A program made the position numbers and the translations under genes. Source: Diplonema japonicum (taxonomy: Eukaryota; Protista; Euglenozoa: Diplonemea). Taken from it: a stretch of 64,000 nt of DNA. Location: positions 744,001 to 808,000 of the forward strand of contig OZ025650.1 in NCBI GenBank assembly GCA_964019335.1, in the 5' to 3' direction. Below are positions 57,623-64,000 of the stretch, piece after piece. The notes under the pieces were generated by a model. That model had not been told where the DNA came from and did not search any database. It saw only the letters and a program-made list of their open reading frames with translations. Position 1 is the first letter of the stretch. Each line of letters begins with the position of its first letter.

Positions 57623-59176
57623 ATGTCTGATGAGCAGAGTATAAATACTGCAGAGGACCGACAAGGAGCCGTAGGCGCGGTCGTCTTGGCAGGGGTATCA
57701 ACCGTGTTTCATAGTGTGGGGACTGTATTTGTGTTTTGGTTGGGACATTTAAAATGGAGTTCGGGTCAATATTCTGAGTCTGCCTCTGTTGCAGCACCGG
57801 TACACGTTGCCAACCAAAGTGATGAGTTTACTGATTCTGCGTTAACAGGCGTGCAAATAATGTTTTGGCAATGCTTGTTGGAAGGAATATTTATGTCGGG
57901 TGTTGTGGGTGTACCGACCATGCTTGCGTACTTAGCACGCAAAGCAGAAGATACGCGTGCGGCTGAGATGTCTTCTGGGATACAGTTACAAGCAGCGGAG
58001 CTTACGCTTACAACCTCTTCAGGAGAGGAGAAGAGAAGGAACTCTGTCGACACACTGACATCCAATGAACTGAAAAATATTTTAGTAGGAGACGCTTGGT
58101 GTGATGTCGACGAAGATCAAATCTCAGCCGGGGAACACAGCCTGCCCCCTATGAGGCGGAGAAGGGTAACCTTTAATCACCGCATCGAGTATGACCCACC
58201 GCCACCCCCGCCGATCCCTTTTGAAAATATTACTTCCCGGTTAAAGAGAGAGACAAGACCTTCGCATAGAATGAGCACATCAGCTTTCATTGCAGCTGCT
58301 GTTCTAGTCTCCTCTACAGCAGTTCGACAGGTTATCCAAGAGAAGCAGAGAACTCCGATGCCAATCCAGCTCCCTCCTAAACGCGCTGCCTTTTTATGCA
58401 TCCTGTACGGGTTCGCACGGGCTGTTTCCGTACTCGGCAACTACATGGGCCTCGCGTCTGATCTTGGGCTTTGTTCCGTTGCTATTTTATTTTCTTCGAC
58501 ACCTATGTTCTCGATGGTGCTGCGGGTGGCGTTGCTCGGGGAGTCGTTCACAGCCTCGCATCTTCCTGGGGTGATTCTCATGCTTGTCGGCTGTGCTATG
58601 GTGGTCATGAACTCTCCTGCCTTCACCTCCTTCGTCGTGCTTATCATGGGCGGGCTCGGCGGTGCTGTGGCTCACTTTTTCCACAATGTGATCCGTACCC
58701 AGGTGCATCCGTACTTCATCGCTGTGTCGATGACGGTGGCTGGGTGTTTGAGTTGCGGGATTGTGTTGTTGGCACAAGGTGCAGGCTCACCTTCGGGAGA
58801 GCAATGGGGTTACATTATGGGGCTTTGCGTCTGTTGTTTGCTTTCAGACACCACGCAGGCAGCAGGGTCGCCTGAGAGCCCTCATGTCCCAGCCGGGTTC
58901 GCTCGTGCCTTGGCCATTGCCCTTGCGCTTGGGTTGCAAACAGTTGTCATCGACCAGCCCCCTGCAACCCCCACCTCTTTAGCTGCGATATTCACCTTCT
59001 CCGCCACCATCTTGCTCGAAGTCAAGCGGATGTCCACGGTGTACCTTCCCTACCTCCCGCTCTCAACAGTCCCTATTGACGAGCCACCTGAGCTTCCCGA
59101 CACACCGCCGGAACCTCGACCTCCTACACCGCCTCCCCCACGAGTGAGACGGTCTGCACGCGCTCTTGAAGTTTGA
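57623..59176 (+). CDS. DMT/EamA-family membrane transporter
   Basis: ~10 hydrophobic helices; STPMF...LLGESF EamA-like motif; large cytosolic insert. Confidence 0.7.
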   Translation: MSDEQSINTAEDRQGAVGAVVLAGVSTVFHSVGTVFVFWLGHLKWSSGQYSESASVAAPVHVANQSDEFTDSALTGVQIMFWQCLLEGIFMSGVVGVPTMLAYLARKAEDTRAAEMSSGIQLQAAELTLTTSSGEEKRRNSVDTLTSNELKNILVGDAWCDVDEDQISAGEHSLPPMRRRRVTFNHRIEYDPPPPPPIPFENITSRLKRETRPSHRMSTSAFIAAAVLVSSTAVRQVIQEKQRTPMPIQLPPKRAAFLCILYGFARAVSVLGNYMGLASDLGLCSVAILFSSTPMFSMVLRVALLGESFTASHLPGVILMLVGCAMVVMNSPAFTSFVVLIMGGLGGAVAHFFHNVIRTQVHPYFIAVSMTVAGCLSCGIVLLAQGAGSPSGEQWGYIMGLCVCCLLSDTTQAAGSPESPHVPAGFARALAIALALGLQTVVIDQPPATPTSLAAIFTFSATILLEVKRMSTVYLPYLPLSTVPIDEPPELPDTPPEPRPPTPPPPRVRRSARALEV

Positions 59177-59982
59177 GCGTTTCTCCCTATTCCCGGGAAA
59201 GAAAAACAAAAAGAAGAAGAAGAAAAAAACGGAAGAAAATTGAGAACACAGAAAAAAAAAAAAAAAAAGAAAGAAAAATTATACTGATATGTTCCTGTTT
59301 GTTCGGTCCCCCCCTCCTCTCCCCCCCCCCCCCCCCCCCCCCCTTCTGCTTCTCCCCCCTCCTCCAAGGCGCGGTGTGCATGCGGGTCGGGTTTTACGCT
59401 TGCGAGTCGTGCTCGTATCCATCCGTGCTTTGCCGTTATTCTAGTAAGTGATGAGTACAATACAAGTGATAGACAAAACGTGGCTCAGAGATGCTTGACA
59501 TGAGTGCCCGGTTCCTTTTGATTAAGACTAAATGAGAACGAGTGAGATCCGACTCGTATGCACAGGTCTGGGGATTGAAAGATTGCGCCAGTGGCTTTTT
59601 TTCCATACATGAAACCATTAAAGCAGGTTGTTCCGTGGTGGCTGTCTCATAGTCTGAATTGTGCTGTGGGATGACAAGGAGTCGGAACTGGTATTCCGAA
59701 CTCCGGTCCGCCCGGAGGAGATTCAGGGGGGGAAAAAAAACCAAAATCACGTGCTCTTTTTACCCCCTCCCCTATCCCCTTCACCCTTTTAAAAAAGAAT
59801 TCTCATACACAGCCACCCCACCACCACACGCCACTGCCCCGACCCCTCCTCCCCATATTCCCCGTGCTTCCCCTTTTCAAAAAAGATATTTATGATGTTT
59901 TTTTTATACTTCATTTCCCATTTACTTGTTAATACCTGACACTACTACTATTCAAAAAAGGGCGAAGGAAAAAAAAAAAAAA

Positions 59983-61724
59983 ATGCCGGCACGAGGACGT
60001 GGTAGAGGAAGGGGGCGGGGGAGGGGAGGGGTCGGGGCAGCCACGAGAAGCGTTGTAAAAAAGTGGAAGGAAGAGATTGTTAAAGAGAGCAGCAGCAGCT
60101 GTACAGAGGAGGAGGACGAAGCAATGCGGATAGAATCGGAAACGGAAACAGAGACGGAGACGGAAAGCGATACTGAGAGTGAATTCCAGGACAATGCGGG
60201 TTTTGACGCGCAGAATGTAAAGGGACACGGGAAAGGCAAAAAAGGCTCAGGTAAGAAAGGTTTCGGAAAAGGTGTGAAAAGTGTGCCTTTCACCCCTTAC
60301 CCTGGTGGTGGGTTCGGTGGATTCGGCAGTGGCTTTGCGATGCATCCACAGCACTCAGGTTCTGTCGATCTTCCCGACTGGCTTCAAGAGGAACCTGATG
60401 TAGATTGGGCAAAGCTCGTCTCAGCAGTTTCTGAAATCGACCAGTACTACAAAGATCAAAAGCTCACCGACGACCTCCAAGGAGCATGTCAGAAACTAAG
60501 AGAACACGACCCCATCTCGCAGACGACGAAAGATCTCCTCCTAGCATGCTACCACCACATCCTCAAAGAATTTTCTAAAGAAGGATACAGACTCCTCTAC
60601 GGGAGCCAGCCTCATGAACTCGCGCATTTCCACATCCAACCAGGGCAGCCTGTCCCATCTTACTATGCAAACGTGCAAGACGGCTCGATTTACGAAAGGA
60701 AACTTCTTTCACTACTTGGTTTGCGGAATTTAGTAGGAGTTGGAACACGGGTGTTTTCTGATCTGCACGAGAAGTTGTTCACTTCCGACCCTGGTGCATA
60801 CAGCAGGGGGAAGGGCGTGTCGCTCATGAGGGAAATGACAGGAAACGCAGTGGACTTGGACACGTGCGTGCTGCGCTGCAGCGACGGAGCTGTCATCAAG
60901 ACGATTAACGTGATGAACGAAAGAGTGGGCTTGGAGCCCTTCTCAAACGTCCAGGAGTTTGGGAACTCACAACAGGCGAAGGAGATGGCCGTCCAAGCGG
61001 CCAAACCGTTGTTGGTTACTTTCTGCGAAGCGTTGAAACTGGACTCCAAGACTAAAAAAAAGCGCAGAGCTGACCCAAAGTCCCTCTCCACGAAGAAGAT
61101 CCCCGTCGCAACTCACAACGCCGACAGAGGCAAGCACCCTCTATGGCAATACATCAATGTGGGCCAGAACTCCTACCACGCTAATGTGCCGAACCTCCCT
61201 GACGTCATCGGCTCCCTTCTCCTCGCCCCCCTGCACCTTGCCTCTGCGTATGCCACCGTGATGCTCCGTACGGATCGCAAGGAGACACTCATCACGGACT
61301 TCTTCGAAGACTGTGTCATCGACGCTTGCTTCAACCTGAAATGGAAAGCCATCGAAGAGTTCCACCGTGTGCTGTCGTCCCTCAATACTATCGGCACCTA
61401 TCTCTCGAATCTCGAGAAGGAGCACCAGGTACCCGGGAGGGGAAAAAGAATGAAAAAAAAGAATGCTCTAATGTTCCAATCATATGAACTCACAGAAACT
61501 TTTCGCCAAGATACTAGACGACACCACCCTCACGGAGGACCAGCAGACCACAGCGGAGATCGATGCACTTTGGAACCTGGCCGTCGGGCACCACGCCCGT
61601 GATGCGCGTACAAACACCACCAGGGCTGTCAACAAGTATGGTCAACAAGTATGGGGAGGAAGAACAATCCTTTTTCAGGGGCGACGTTGCTTCCTGGGTG
61701 GCCGACCCTTCTGATGTCCTGTGA
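59983..61724 (+). CDS. Hypothetical protein with RG-rich and acidic N-terminus; introns 61429-61495, 61636-61678
   Basis: MPARGRGRGRG; splicing gives ...RAVNKGDVASWVADPSDVL*. Confidence 0.7.
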
Positions 61725-61864
61725 CTACCTACTGATGACACTGACTAGCACCTTATTGGGGCCTCTTAGAGAGGGGCCTCTTACTCTTATTTATATTTTG
61801 TGTCGGAGTTGTTAAAGATAGCAAACAAGACGACAGGAAGGAAAAAGAAAGAAGAAACAAAAGA

Positions 61865-62491
61865 ATGTCACAGACCGGTGTCGTGAAGAGCTGGAGGGGT
61901 GCCTACGGGTTTGCCGAGGTTGCTGAAGGCCCCCTCGTGTGGATCCACACGGACGAGATCGACGGCGGGAGGCTGAGGGTGGGGCTCACCGTTAACTTTG
62001 ACATCGAGGAGGTGGAGGGACACGAGGGGAGGGTGAAGGGGACAAACGTCTCTGGTGAGGCTGTCCTTGCCAAGGGCGTGAAGCTGGTGTGTTCAACAAA
62101 ACAACAACAAAACACACAACCCACAGTCCGACGAGGAGATGGAGAAGGAGAAGGAGAGGCTGAACAGCCTGAGGGAGGAGAAGAAGGAGAAGCTCCAGGA
62201 GGAGTTCGCACCCGTGTGGGACATGGTGAAGGACCTTGGCAGGAGCCAAAAGTATGTTTCTTTGTTCAAGGCACACCACACAATCCCACCATCAGGATGC
62301 ACCTTGTGAAGCAGCTTGCGAAGGAGCTGGATGTGAACGTGAACAGGCCCGATGAGAAGAGGGCTGACCCCACTCAGAGGAACGGGAAGACCTACACGAA
62401 GGAGGAATTCATGGCCTTCTACGGGAAGAAGGACGGCAACAGGATGTGGAACGCCGCCAAGGGTGGGAAGGGCAGGAGGCCCAGGAAGTGA
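61865..62491 (+). CDS. Cold-shock-domain RNA-binding protein, copy 1 (two short introns)
   Basis: GVVKSWRGAYGF...VWIH...VNFDI CSD; intron 62087-62126 and ~62252-62295. Confidence 0.85.
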   Translation: MSQTGVVKSWRGAYGFAEVAEGPLVWIHTDEIDGGRLRVGLTVNFDIEEVEGHEGRVKGTNVSGEAVLAKGVKLVCSTKQQQNTQPTVRRGDGEGEGEAEQPEGGEEGEAPGGVRTRVGHGEGPWQEPKVCFFVQGTPHNPTIRMHLVKQLAKELDVNVNRPDEKRADPTQRNGKTYTKEEFMAFYGKKDGNRMWNAAKGGKGRRPRK

Positions 62492-63133
62492 GACTTAATC
62501 GACCGATCGTTTGAGGGAGAAATGAATAACAAAGACGAAACCTTATTTTTATAACTACGTTACCCTTTCCCCCTTGACCCCCTGTTGTCTTTCCATTTTT
62601 TCCCCTACTTCTTTCTTTCATATATATATTTTTTTTTTTTTTGCCACCCCTATCTCACGAGAGGGAATCCTTTTCTTTTCCAATGACTGGGTCATTAAGG
62701 TCTGTGGCACCTGACCCGTTTGTGTGGCGGCTTTCCTACCTCACTCGAGGCGGAAGCACACCCCCATCTGTGTGGGGGTGTGTTCACATTTGGCGCACTC
62801 ACCGATCCTGAGCTGCACGCCTTTGGTAACGGCTCCCCCCCTTTGTCCCAGGTATTTTTTGGGGACATGGTTTTTTCTTCTTCTTTTAAGATATTTTTTG
62901 GATTTTTAAAAAATAAAAAAAATGATAAAAAATTGGGGGAAAATATTAGCACACATTCTGGGATTCAATTTTAGAAAATAAAATAAAAAAGAACCCATGA
63001 AAAGGCAGGATGAAAGCTGTCCCCCCCAGCTCTTTGGAGAGAAGGGGACAAGCACAAAGCACTTGCCTGTTTCTGCTGCATGCAATGTGGTGTCACTTGG
63101 TGGCACCGCAGGTGAAAAGAAGTGTATTCTCTT

Positions 63134-63249
<116 letters not shown>

Positions 63250-63308
63250 TTTTTTTTTTCCCTCGAACTTTTCATTTCTTTTCTATTTTTGTTTCGTCTT
63301 CACCTCTG

Positions 63309-63353
<45 letters not shown>

Positions 63354-63376
63354 CGAAGAAAAAAAAAAAAAAAAGA

Positions 63377-64000
63377 ATGTCACAGACCGGTGTCGTGAAG
63401 AGCTGGAGGGGTGCCTACGGGTTTGCCGAGGTTGCTGAAGGTCCCCTCGTGTGGATCCACACGGACGAGATCGACGGCGGGAGGCTGAGAGTGGGGCTCA
63501 CCGTTAACTTTGACATCGAGGAGGTGGAGGGACACGAGGGGAGGGTGAAGGGGACAAACGTCTCTGGTGAGGCTGTCCTTGCCAAGGGCGTGAAGCTGGT
63601 GTGTTCAACAAAACAACAACAAACACACAACCCACAGTCCGACGAGGAGATGGAGAAGGAGAAGGAGAGGCTGAACAGCCTGAGGGAGGAGAAGAAGGAG
63701 AAGCTCCAGGAGGAGTTCGCACCCGTGTGGGACATGGTGAAGGACCTTGGCAGGAACAACAAGTATGGACTATTCTATTCTTTACGTCGCTCCATCATTT
63801 TACACCACCCACAGGATGCACCTTCTGAGAGAGCTTGCGAAGGAGCTGAAGATGATGGACAGCATTGACTTCAAGAACGGGAAGAGCTCCGAGAAGAGGG
63901 CTGATCCCACTCAGAGGAACGGGAAGACCTACACGAAGGAGGAATTCATGGCCTTCTACGGGAAGAAGGACGGCGACAGGATGTGGAGCGCCGCCAAGGG
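63377..64000 (+). CDS. Cold-shock-domain protein, tandem copy 2 (runs off the window)
   Basis: Near-identical first exon and intron positions to copy 1. Confidence 0.85.

Noticed and set aside
61628-61653. 13-bp tandem duplication GTCAACAAGTATG across a splice donor
   Set aside because: Real, but the second donor is out of frame; no evidence of function

Overview
Eukaryotic, almost certainly diplonemid (Euglenozoa) genomic DNA. The evidence is a 39-nt Diplonema-type spliced leader at 44249-44287, host protein genes all on the + strand (polycistronic-like), and very short (33-67 nt) GT-AG introns. Two blocks of mostly housekeeping or lineage-specific genes (1-37.7 kb and 52-64 kb) flank a ~14-kb island (37.7-51.1 kb) built around tRNA-Cys(GCA) and tRNA-Gln(CTG) genes. 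The island is a nested stack of non-LTR retrotransposon insertions from about four families. Their 3' ends all lie 1-16 bp upstream of a tRNA gene, and the tRNA-Gln insertions have recognisable target-site duplications (TSDs). The innermost insertion is an apparently intact 6.8-kb Ingi/I-group-like element (ORF1; 2A peptide-APE-RT-RNase H-CCHC ORF2; (TTA)n tail) whose 5' end is a complete spliced-leader exon, so it looks like a cDNA copy of a trans-spliced RNA. Other notable items: a Dcp2-like protein lacking its catalytic Nudix glutamates, a TYW5-SDR fusion, a cathepsin with a triple Cys-rich N-terminal repeat, and three small Cys/His-rich paralogs.
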